Positions 1 through 8,785 of a stretch of 40,546 bases of DNA are shown here, one piece after another. Within the stretch, counting starts at the first letter, position 1. Every line of letters starts with the position of its first letter. The notes beneath the pieces were generated by a model, which searched no databases, was not told the origin of the DNA, and saw only the letters and a list, made by a program, of their open reading frames with translations. The position numbers were made by a program, and so were the translations under genes. The stretch lies in NCBI GenBank assembly GCA_963618035.1, contig CAVERK010000001.1, positions 1 through 40,546 of the forward strand, in the 5' to 3' direction. The stretch comes from a bacterium (GTDB lineage Bacteria; Bacteroidota; Bacteroidia; Bacteroidales; Bacteroidaceae).

Positions 1-211
1 TCACAGGACGTGTAAAATCGGAGTGCGCGTCGCACCCTCGGGCGGAATATCTATGACATTTTGAGTTTTAGCGGACAGCAATAAAGGAAAATATAGTGGA
101 TAAAAGAGTAAGAGCCAATCCGCGCACACTTCGTTCCTTTGCACCGGAGAAGCGGAAGCTCAATCGATTATGGCAACAAAGAAACAGCAACAAATAACAG
201 GTAATGAGACA

Positions 212-2158
212 ATGAACAGAAAGATTATTGCAACTGCACAGGCAGTGCTGGCAGCCGGAGCTGTCATGGCCCAGCAGCCCATAACCATTGTCAGGCAGGG
301 TGAGTTCACCGTTGGCGGACAGACCATACAGCGTGACGGCGTCTATGATAACAGCAAGTTCGTGGGCTGGGCCGAGCAGGACGAGACAGGGCAGAGCTAT
401 CGCGGAGACCATGCGTACGTGGAATATCAGATTCCGCAGAATGCACACAAGACATCGCTCATCTTCATTCATGGCTATGGCGGCAGCGGTGCCTGCTGGC
501 AGACTACACCCGATGGCCGCGACGGCTTCCAGACGCTGATGCTCCGCCATGGATGGCCGACATACGTGATGGACCTTCCGGGACGCGGACGCGCATCGCG
601 TGCTGTCAATGAGGCACAGGTCAAGCCTGTGGCCGACGAAATGTTCTGGTTCGACATCTGGCGAATGGGCGTTTGGCCCAAATGGAACGATGGCGTGCAG
701 TTTCCCCGCGATTCTGTGTCGTTGTCGCAGTTCTTCCGTCTCATGGTGCCCAATCTCAGCAACGGACAGCATGACGTGCCGTCAATCAGGCGGACCGTGG
801 AACGTGTGGGCGAGAGCGTTCTTGTGACGCACTCGGCGGGCGGCATCCTGGGATGGCTTGCCGGATTTGACCCGAAGGTGAAAGCCATTGCTGCCTATGA
901 GCCCGGAGGATATGTATTTCCCGCAGGTGAGGTCCCTGATCCCATACAGGGGCTGACCGGCGGCGTCCGTGGTGTGGAGATACCGGCGGAACAGTTTGCC
1001 GAGCTGTGCAAGAAGCCTATTGTGCTCTATTTCGGTGACTACATACCGGACACGGTGTCGGACAGGTTGGGCGACGAGAATTGGCGTGTGCGCCTACAGA
1101 TGGCACGTCTGTTTGTGGAGTGCGTGAACCGTCATGGCGGCAAGGCAACGCTGGTGGAGCTGCCCAAGGAGGGCATCCGTGGCAACACCCATTTCCTGAT
1201 GCTCGACCTCAACAACGATGTCCTGGCAGATATGCTCGACAAATGGATCAATGATAATGTGCTCATGACGACAGACAAGATGGTGCAACACGTGGAGAAT
1301 CCGGCACAACGCGCAGACATGCCGTTTGAATTCGGACGCACGCTGCCGGCCGACCGCTTTCACGGTGAAGCCTGGCGCAACGACATCATCAACCTGGATT
1401 CGCTCTATAACTTTCCGCAGACCAACGTCATAACATTCTCTCCGGGAGCACACAGCGATTGGCATCGTCACGGAGCGATGGACATATTGGTGACGGCGGG
1501 CGCGGGGATATATCAGGAAGAGGGTCAGCCGGCACAGATAATACGGCGTGGCGACGTGCTGCACATTCCTGCCGGCGTGCGCCACTGGCACGGTGCGGCA
1601 CCGGGCAGCTGGTTTCAGCAGATTGTGACCTATGACTCCACATGGCAGCCTGCGACAGACTATGCCGATGGCGACAACACCGTTTCCGACGAATACTATG
1701 CGTCCATGCAGATGGTGGAGTACCGTCATCAGAACAAATCAGACCTGAGCATGTTTGCTCCCGGTGATTCTCTGCTACAGCTGCCCACATTCACCGGTCC
1801 TGTACGCTTGTCCACAACATTAGGGAGCGACAATGTGTCCGGAGCACCTGAGGTGCATAATGTGGTGTTCGAACCCGGAGTCTACAACGCATGGCACGAA
1901 CATGCCGGTGGACAGATCCTCCTCATCACAGACGGCACGGCCTACCATCAGATAGAAGGCCAGCCGGTAGAAGTGCTTCATGCGGGCGATGTGGCGAAGT
2001 GCCCTCCGGGAGTCAGGCATTGGCACGGCGCGGCACCCGTCAGCAGGATGGCACACCTGGCCACAAACACCAACCCTGACAGAAAGGGCGTGAAGTGGTA
2101 TGACTTCCTGAGCAAAGAAGAGTATGACAAGATAAGAGAGACGAGTGCAACAAAATGA
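212..2158 (+). CDS. Exported alpha/beta-fold hydrolase fused to two C-terminal cupin domains
   Basis: Signal-peptide-like MNRKIIATAQAVLAAGAVMAQQ from ATG 212 (ORF opens at 170). Hydrolase motifs: IHGYGG, DLPGRGR, THSAGG nucleophile, GNTHF. Two cupin motifs of the form WHxH...GDV..P.GVRHWHGA. Confidence 0.8.
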   Translation: MNRKIIATAQAVLAAGAVMAQQPITIVRQGEFTVGGQTIQRDGVYDNSKFVGWAEQDETGQSYRGDHAYVEYQIPQNAHKTSLIFIHGYGGSGACWQTTPDGRDGFQTLMLRHGWPTYVMDLPGRGRASRAVNEAQVKPVADEMFWFDIWRMGVWPKWNDGVQFPRDSVSLSQFFRLMVPNLSNGQHDVPSIRRTVERVGESVLVTHSAGGILGWLAGFDPKVKAIAAYEPGGYVFPAGEVPDPIQGLTGGVRGVEIPAEQFAELCKKPIVLYFGDYIPDTVSDRLGDENWRVRLQMARLFVECVNRHGGKATLVELPKEGIRGNTHFLMLDLNNDVLADMLDKWINDNVLMTTDKMVQHVENPAQRADMPFEFGRTLPADRFHGEAWRNDIINLDSLYNFPQTNVITFSPGAHSDWHRHGAMDILVTAGAGIYQEEGQPAQIIRRGDVLHIPAGVRHWHGAAPGSWFQQIVTYDSTWQPATDYADGDNTVSDEYYASMQMVEYRHQNKSDLSMFAPGDSLLQLPTFTGPVRLSTTLGSDNVSGAPEVHNVVFEPGVYNAWHEHAGGQILLITDGTAYHQIEGQPVEVLHAGDVAKCPPGVRHWHGAAPVSRMAHLATNTNPDRKGVKWYDFLSKEEYDKIRETSATK

Positions 2159-3255
2159 AACATGAACACATAACGATGAACAGATTTAAAACCGTATTGG
2201 CAATTATGGCAACATTTACAGCAATAGGCAGTGCCACGGCACAGCAACAGCAGTATGGCGATGAAGGCCCGACACTGACTCCCAACAAGCTGGGGTTGGT
2301 GTATGAAAACGCTATCGAAGAGAACATATCAGGTGAGGTGAATATACATCGCGTGTGCTATATGGCCGACGGTATACCCGTCATTGCCAATGTCTACACG
2401 CCTGCGGGCTACGACCCACAGAAGAAATATGCGGCAGTCGTGGTGGCTCATCCCAACGGCGGTAGCAAGGACCAGGTGGCAGGGCTGTTCGCACAGTTGC
2501 TCGCCGGCGATGGATTCGTCACCATAGCCTTCGATGCACGCTATCAGGGTGAGAGCGGCGGCATGCCACGCCGTACAGACAAGCCGGCAAACCGCATCGG
2601 TGACATCATGGGAGCAGTGGACTACATACAGAACTATCCAGGTGTTGACCCTGAGCGCGTGGGGGCTATGGGCATCTGCGGTGGCGGTGGCTACACCTAT
2701 GCCACGGCGCAGCGCGACCACCGTATCAAGGCTGTGGCGACGCTGAGCCTGTTCAATACCGGCGACGTGCGCCGCAACGGATACATGCGCACGCAGACCG
2801 GCGACACGATGCAGCGTCTGTATGAGGCCGACTTGGCACGACAGAAGGAAGCGGCGGGAGCCGAGCCTGAGATGGCAGGCTTCATGAACTGGACACCCGA
2901 GGAAGCACGCCAGATAAAGGTCGACCTCTATCGCGAAGGCTACTTCTACTACGGCGTGACGCACAAGACCCCGAATGCTCCAGGCACATATCTGAAGAGT
3001 TCGCTCATTGACATGATGGCATGGGATGCCACGGATCATGCCGACCTGCTTACGCAACCGCTGCTCATCATGGCCGGCAGTAAGGCCGACAGCAAGTACA
3101 TGAGCGACGAGGCCTTCGAGAAAGCCGTCAACGCCAAAGACAAAGAAGAATTCGTCATCGAGGGTGCAACACACATCCGCACATACTTCGTCAAGGAGTA
3201 TGTGGATCAGGAACACGCCAAGGTGCGCGACTTCTTCCTGTCAAGGCTGAAGTGA
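2155..3255 (+). CDS. Exported alpha/beta hydrolase (YcjY/dienelactone hydrolase-like, Cys nucleophile)
   Basis: Motifs HPNGGSKDQ, FDARYQGESGG, GICGGGGY, GATH; N-terminal signal peptide; ATGA overlap with the upstream gene. The start may instead be the later MNRFK Met. Confidence 0.8.
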   Translation: MKHEHITMNRFKTVLAIMATFTAIGSATAQQQQYGDEGPTLTPNKLGLVYENAIEENISGEVNIHRVCYMADGIPVIANVYTPAGYDPQKKYAAVVVAHPNGGSKDQVAGLFAQLLAGDGFVTIAFDARYQGESGGMPRRTDKPANRIGDIMGAVDYIQNYPGVDPERVGAMGICGGGGYTYATAQRDHRIKAVATLSLFNTGDVRRNGYMRTQTGDTMQRLYEADLARQKEAAGAEPEMAGFMNWTPEEARQIKVDLYREGYFYYGVTHKTPNAPGTYLKSSLIDMMAWDATDHADLLTQPLLIMAGSKADSKYMSDEAFEKAVNAKDKEEFVIEGATHIRTYFVKEYVDQEHAKVRDFFLSRLK

Positions 3256-3258
3256 GGG

Positions 3259-4158
3259 TTACCTGATTCCCTCGTCGTTGTAGTTCAGGCGTACACCGCG
3301 GCTGCTGTAGACGTTCTTGAGCATACCGCCCTCTTGAGGTTCGCCCTTCACGGTGCCTTCGCGCAACTGTGCGCACAGCTCACCAATGTCCTTGACCCGC
3401 TGGAGCGTTTCCATGTTGCTGCCCATATAGTGTCCCGGGTACATGCGCCCGATGCCATACTTCTGCATGAAGTACGCCATCTTCTCGCACGTCGTTATCT
3501 GCGTGGTCAGGTTGGTCGTGATCAGCAGGTTGCCCGAACCAAAGGCATCGCCGCTGAATCCCCAACCCTTGGCACGCTCGAGGAACGTGGTCGAGCCGGG
3601 TGTGTGTCCTGGAGTGAAGATTGTCTCTATGATGCGGCCTCCAAGGTCGAACGTCTGTCCGTCGGTCAGATACCTCTTTTCTCCCGGGTAGCCCTTCATG
3701 AACATGGGTGTGTTCACCTCATCGGCAGCGTTTATCCATATATTCTCCCAGTCGTTTATTGCGTCTCCGGTGTGGTCGGGATGTACGTGTGTCGCGATGA
3801 GTGTGACAGGCTTTGACGTGATGCCTTCAACGATTTTGCGCAAGCCGGGGATGTGCGTGCCGGCATCGATAAGTATGCTTTCGTTGTCTCCTTCAACAAG
3901 ATAGATTGTCTCGTTTGCCATCAGGTGGCCGTTGCCCTCCCATGTGTGGTCGTCTATCTGACGGATGACGACGTTTTCGTCCTTGTAGACCTCTTTCTCA
4001 TTGTACTTCGGCTCCCATGCGGGGCGGTTGCCGACCAGTCGTTCAATGTCCTCCTCATTGGCTCCGGCCGTCGCGTGAACCACGCCAAACATCCTGTCCG
4101 AAGCGATGAGCGCAACGCCTGCAAGTCCGAGGTTCTTCAGTAGTGTTCTTCTTTTCAT
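3259..4158 (-). CDS. MBL-fold metallo-hydrolase with a twin-arginine-like signal
   Basis: Metal motifs THVHPDH (HxHxDH), PGHTPG, SGD, PGH; N-terminus MKRRTLLKNLGLAGVALIA. Confidence 0.85.
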   Translation of the reverse strand: MKRRTLLKNLGLAGVALIASDRMFGVVHATAGANEEDIERLVGNRPAWEPKYNEKEVYKDENVVIRQIDDHTWEGNGHLMANETIYLVEGDNESILIDAGTHIPGLRKIVEGITSKPVTLIATHVHPDHTGDAINDWENIWINAADEVNTPMFMKGYPGEKRYLTDGQTFDLGGRIIETIFTPGHTPGSTTFLERAKGWGFSGDAFGSGNLLITTNLTTQITTCEKMAYFMQKYGIGRMYPGHYMGSNMETLQRVKDIGELCAQLREGTVKGEPQEGGMLKNVYSSRGVRLNYNDEGIR

Positions 4159-4181
4159 TGTGTTATCCTTGTTTGAAATGT

Positions 4182-7100
4182 TCAGTCTGTAAAATTAGGA
4201 AAAAGATTTGTTTTTGAGACAATCGTCACAGGACCGAGAAGTCCGGACGGCAGAAGCGGACTATCGGCACGGTATGTCTCGGAATCCACGAATGTCAGTT
4301 TCTTGGCACCGGGTTGTTTGTCGCCTATCAGACGGTTGACCCACAGATTGGTGACACGTATCTCAATGGTGTTCTCGCCTTGCCTCAGGACTTTCGTGAC
4401 ATCTGTCTGATAAGGCTCTTTCCACACGATTCCAAGGTTCTGCCCATTGACAATCACCTCCGCAATGTTCTTCACATCTCCAAGCTGTAGGATCTGCTTG
4501 TCGCCCTCGAGCTTGCCGATAGTGAACGTGGCGGTGTATATGCCTGTGCCGGAGAAATACTTTATGTCTTTGTCGGCGTTCTTGGACCAGTCTGTCAGCG
4601 TCGTGAATGTTGTGCCGGCAGGTGCTTCCACCGTTGCCTTGAACTCAACATCCCACGGCCCGTCTATCGTCAGCACAGGTTTCTCGGTCTGCCTCGGCAG
4701 GGTGAGGGATGTTGCCGCTGCGGGTTCTGTCAGCACAATGAACACGGCATCGTCCGGCACCATTGGTATGCTGACTGTAGTCCTGCCACCCGACATGCTG
4801 TAGGTAACGTCCTCAACCACGCCCGTGTCTGCGTGCCACAGCATGGGTTTCCGACCGGAGGTGCGCAGGCTGACCTCCACAGTCCGATAGTCTTCCGACG
4901 GCTTGTTTATCCAGTATATATCGCCGTTGCCGAGCGTGCGGTGCAGGAACCTGACATCCTGCGGAATATCGGCATCCGGCTCTACGCTGTGACTCCTCAA
5001 CACGTCCGCAAGGGGAACACCTGTCGTGACATTCGACAGCTGGCTGCCCCACACTTCATCAACCAGACGGTTGAATTCCTCCACATTGTCGGTCATGCCT
5101 GCCGGATGCTGTGGCTTTTCTCCGCCGATGACGACACCGGCCTTGGCCAGTGCGGCAATCTTGCGAAGCACCGGCAGGGACATATACTCTATGTTCCTGT
5201 CGAGCCAGAGAACCTTGAACTTGGCTCCGCTCAACGAAGAGACGAGACCGCCGGTGCCGTCAGGCTCAAGCACATTGATCAGGGCATGGGGGTTGCAGAA
5301 GTCGTACTGGTAGCCGCTTGGAACAGCAGGCATTGACACGCCGCCGTAGGCTGCCGTCACGTTTGATCCCTCACCATAGTACAACAGTACGTCGGCTACG
5401 TTCTTTCCCTGTTGCAGGAGATAGCAACTGCGGGAGAGGTAGCCGATCCACGCCTTTGCCTGTTCGGCCCACGTCTCGTGCCTGTTGAACCACTGTCCGG
5501 TTCCCATCAGGCTAAGTCCCGGAACCTTGTCGTCGACAGGCTGGTGTGCGCTCTCGTGTATCACGAACCGGTTGATGCCCTCCGACAGCTCAAGGTCTGC
5601 CGTACTCTTCAGGTTACCAGGGTGGAAGCTGTAGTTGCCCGCTCCCGGCCATACGGTCATTGACTCGGCAGCTGCGACGTTCTGGCCGTAGATGTGTGCA
5701 ACGCTCGCCGACTCATGGTCGTCCATCTGATACGTACCACGGTTCTGCGTGCCGTCGGGCATCGTCGGCAGCCACGGGGCACTCACCCACATGGCAGACA
5801 TAGGCACTTCGGCGGTGCGCTTCAAGTCCATGCCGTCGCCCACAAAGGCACGCCCTCCCTCATGGCTCTCGGTGTAGCGTCCTTTCATTCCGTAGTCTCT
5901 TTTCACTATTTCCGAAATCTCCGTGTACCGGTCGGCGAGCAGTTCACCGATGGTCTGCCGCCAGTCGCGCAGGAACGCGTCAGTCTGCTTGGGACTGCCG
6001 ATGACCATTCCTGTCAATGCCGGCATCCATGCGTGCAGGTCATAGCCGCGCCGCTTGCTGAACTCGGCGAACATTGCGGGAGTCCAATTCTCCTGTTCTG
6101 CCTCGTAGCTGTCTGTCAGGACATACTGGATGCCATGCTGTCCCATCAATCCCTCTGAAGCATCCTTGTACATATCAAGATATGTGTGGAAGTACTTCGA
6201 CCAGGCCACGGAGTCGAGCTTATCGACTTCAAGTCCGGTGGCCTCGGGTGGAGCCGGATGGTTCTGCTTTCCTGTCAGACTAAATCCCATGCGGAAGATG
6301 CGCCATTTGCCTTTCGGAGCTTTCCACGTCAGATGTCCGGAGGCATCCACGCATGACGTTATGTCGATCACGTCCTTCGTCTGTGCGAATTCCTCGTTAC
6401 CATTGTCGGCTGTCGTGCTGCTCTGCAGGCCGCTTGCGGCAGTGAATCCAGCCTTATCCTCAGCGCGGTCAACACGTGTTGACGTGTACAGTACCCACTC
6501 GCCTATCTCTGTGCCTGGAGCTGCCGGAGCAGCACCGAAGAGCCCCTGCGAAGCACGCGGATTGGCGATGACGAGGCGGAAGTAGCGTGCCGTGGTCGGC
6601 GGGATGTTGAGCGTCACCTGCTCGAGCGACCCCTTGCGTATCGGGCATACGGTGGTGAATGTCTTGCCGTCCGTGCTGCTCTGAAGCTCAATCCGGTTTC
6701 CCGATGTGTCGAGAGTGAGGCTGCGTATGGTCACGTCTTTGGGAAACTCATACTGAATCCATGACGCATCGCCGTCATCGTTCTTGGGCAGCATGACCTT
6801 GTCTTTCAGTCTGCCGTCCGTCAGCTGTTCCAGACTGAAAGTGCCCGCGCTCGATGTCACCTTTGCCCCAAGCTCGGCCATGGTCTTGTCTGTCTCCGGC
6901 AGCTTCACTGCCAGGATGCAGATGTCGTCGTAGTACTGTGTCACGCTGGCAGAGCCGCGTCCCGCAGGGCTGATGTCCTGAAATGCACCGGTCGTGTTGT
7001 CGCCGTCGGGCAGCTGCAACGACACGTTCCTGCCGCCGCGCACGTCTACTGTCTTCCATACCAGCTTCTTCATGGCATCCTTCGGCTCTACCCACGGGCC

Positions 7101-7484
7101 GCCCGTTGCACTCCATCCCGGTGCACTGGCGATGGTCATCTCCAGCCCGAGCGAATCGGCAAGCTGTGTCGCGTAGGCGAAGGCATCCTTCCAGCCGTCG
7201 TCCATGTAGATGAGCCGCTTGTCCACGATTTGCGGAGTGTTGGTTCCGGCATCGAAGTTGTGGAATCCGCCAAGTCCGATGCGTTTCATCCATGTCATGT
7301 CCTTGCGTATTCCGTCTTTTGTGATGTTGCCGTTCATCCAGTGCCACCATACCTGCGAGCGCGCGCTCTGCGGCGGATTGTTAAACCCACGGCGCAGTTC
7401 GTCCGTGCTCTGTCCTGCGACATCCAGCGCAGGCACCGCAAATATGAGACTTGCGGCAATCAGTTTCGTGATTTGTCTTTTCAT
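4182..7484 (-). CDS. Glycoside hydrolase family 106 (alpha-L-rhamnosidase-like), exported
   Basis: Motifs PPQSARSQVWWHWMNGNIT, GWSATGGPW, GLEVDKLD, TDSYE; C-terminal YFSGT...NLWVNRLIGD...SGLLGPV; signal peptide. Confidence 0.85.
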   Translation of the reverse strand: MKRQITKLIAASLIFAVPALDVAGQSTDELRRGFNNPPQSARSQVWWHWMNGNITKDGIRKDMTWMKRIGLGGFHNFDAGTNTPQIVDKRLIYMDDGWKDAFAYATQLADSLGLEMTIASAPGWSATGGPWVEPKDAMKKLVWKTVDVRGGRNVSLQLPDGDNTTGAFQDISPAGRGSASVTQYYDDICILAVKLPETDKTMAELGAKVTSSAGTFSLEQLTDGRLKDKVMLPKNDDGDASWIQYEFPKDVTIRSLTLDTSGNRIELQSSTDGKTFTTVCPIRKGSLEQVTLNIPPTTARYFRLVIANPRASQGLFGAAPAAPGTEIGEWVLYTSTRVDRAEDKAGFTAASGLQSSTTADNGNEEFAQTKDVIDITSCVDASGHLTWKAPKGKWRIFRMGFSLTGKQNHPAPPEATGLEVDKLDSVAWSKYFHTYLDMYKDASEGLMGQHGIQYVLTDSYEAEQENWTPAMFAEFSKRRGYDLHAWMPALTGMVIGSPKQTDAFLRDWRQTIGELLADRYTEISEIVKRDYGMKGRYTESHEGGRAFVGDGMDLKRTAEVPMSAMWVSAPWLPTMPDGTQNRGTYQMDDHESASVAHIYGQNVAAAESMTVWPGAGNYSFHPGNLKSTADLELSEGINRFVIHESAHQPVDDKVPGLSLMGTGQWFNRHETWAEQAKAWIGYLSRSCYLLQQGKNVADVLLYYGEGSNVTAAYGGVSMPAVPSGYQYDFCNPHALINVLEPDGTGGLVSSLSGAKFKVLWLDRNIEYMSLPVLRKIAALAKAGVVIGGEKPQHPAGMTDNVEEFNRLVDEVWGSQLSNVTTGVPLADVLRSHSVEPDADIPQDVRFLHRTLGNGDIYWINKPSEDYRTVEVSLRTSGRKPMLWHADTGVVEDVTYSMSGGRTTVSIPMVPDDAVFIVLTEPAAATSLTLPRQTEKPVLTIDGPWDVEFKATVEAPAGTTFTTLTDWSKNADKDIKYFSGTGIYTATFTIGKLEGDKQILQLGDVKNIAEVIVNGQNLGIVWKEPYQTDVTKVLRQGENTIEIRVTNLWVNRLIGDKQPGAKKLTFVDSETYRADSPLLPSGLLGPVTIVSKTNLFPNFTD

Positions 7485-7695
7485 GATACTTGTGTGTTTT
7501 GTTTACAGTTGTCCGTATGTTCGCGAAGACACGTACCGTGGGCGGGCATGCCTTCATGCTGCCGTGAAGTTAGCCATATAGGGAATATGCAGTTGCCTGT
7601 GGGAAACAGACAAGTAAACTCATGGGACGTCAACGGTCTGACTGTCAGACCCGTTGCTTGCCGATGTCGTAAGGTGCCGCCTAAGGTGGACAGCC

Positions 7696-8763
7696 TCAAT
7701 ACAGATCCAGCTCGTGCTCCACGCATGTCAGGAGGCGGAGCTGGTTGCGTGTGCGGACGAGGTTGTGCGTGGGGTAGAGCGTGCGATAGTATGTGTCGCC
7801 GTTGAGCCAGTCGGTCAGGAAGCGCACGCACTGCATGTAGGGGAACAGGGCCGTGGCATACGGCAGCAGCTGCTTTTCGAGCGGCGTGATGAAGCCGGCA
7901 GCTCCCTGCAGGTAGCCTTCGGTGAAAGCGCGGTAGATGTCATGGCGGAAACTGACGTGGCTGAGGTCGGCATCGTCCTCTGCCGTGGCGTTGGCGGCGG
8001 TGCGCAGGAAGTCGCCGTAGTCGGAGAAGACGAAGCCTGGCATCACGGTGTCGAGGTCGATGATGCAGAGCACCTCGCCACGGGCATCGAACATCATGTT
8101 GTTCACCTTCGTGTCGCAGTGGCAGATGCGCTTCGGCAGCAGTCCCTGACGGTGCAGCTCCTCGGCCTGACACATGTAGGCGGCACGGCGGCGTATCTCG
8201 CCGACAATGTCCTGCACCCCGTGCAGGCGGTTGGCGGCATCGGCGTGTATGGCATCGTCGAGCTGCTGCAGGCGGAACGGCATGTCGTGGAAGTGGGGGA
8301 TGGTCTCGCCGAGCGGTGTCTTGAGGTCGGAGAGCATGGACTCGAACGTGCCGAATGCCTGTCCGGCACAGCGCGAGTAGTCGGGGTTCACGAGGTCGTA
8401 GGTGTAGGCATCGGGGATGAACACCATCAGCCGCCAGTATTTCCCCGCAGCATCGCGCCACCACGTGTGGCCTGTGTCCGAGGGCACGAAGCGCAGCACG
8501 CGGCGGTCTATGTCCGTAACCCCTGAGGCCAGCAGCTTGGCGCGTATGTGTGCGGTGACGGTCTCGATGTTGCGCTGCAGCAGATCCACGTCGTTGAATA
8601 CCGACGTGTTGATGCGCTGGAGCACATAGTCGGGTGCCGACGGCGGCACGGTGGTCACCTTGTAGGTCTTGTTTATCAGCCCTCCGCCCAGCGGAGCCAC
8701 GTCCTCCACCGTGCCTTCGATGGCAAAGTGTGCCACGATGTGTGTCAGGTTGCTCTCACTCAT
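7696..8763 (-). CDS. APH/choline-kinase-superfamily phosphotransferase, N-acetylhexosamine 1-kinase-like
   Basis: Motifs GGGLINKTY, VLQRIN, ETIPHFHD, HCDTKVNN (Brenner motif), IDLDTVMPG, YGDFLR. Start taken at MSESNL (8763). Confidence 0.8.
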   Translation of the reverse strand: MSESNLTHIVAHFAIEGTVEDVAPLGGGLINKTYKVTTVPPSAPDYVLQRINTSVFNDVDLLQRNIETVTAHIRAKLLASGVTDIDRRVLRFVPSDTGHTWWRDAAGKYWRLMVFIPDAYTYDLVNPDYSRCAGQAFGTFESMLSDLKTPLGETIPHFHDMPFRLQQLDDAIHADAANRLHGVQDIVGEIRRRAAYMCQAEELHRQGLLPKRICHCDTKVNNMMFDARGEVLCIIDLDTVMPGFVFSDYGDFLRTAANATAEDDADLSHVSFRHDIYRAFTEGYLQGAAGFITPLEKQLLPYATALFPYMQCVRFLTDWLNGDTYYRTLYPTHNLVRTRNQLRLLTCVEHELDLY

Positions 8764-8775
8764 ATATATATATAT
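8762..8775. repeat. (AT)7 microsatellite between an AAGGAGG and the kinase start codon
   Basis: catatatatatatatg at 8761-8776; the minus strand reads AAGGAGG-C-(AT)6-ATG. Confidence 0.9.
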
Positions 8776-8785
8776 GCCTCCTTTA

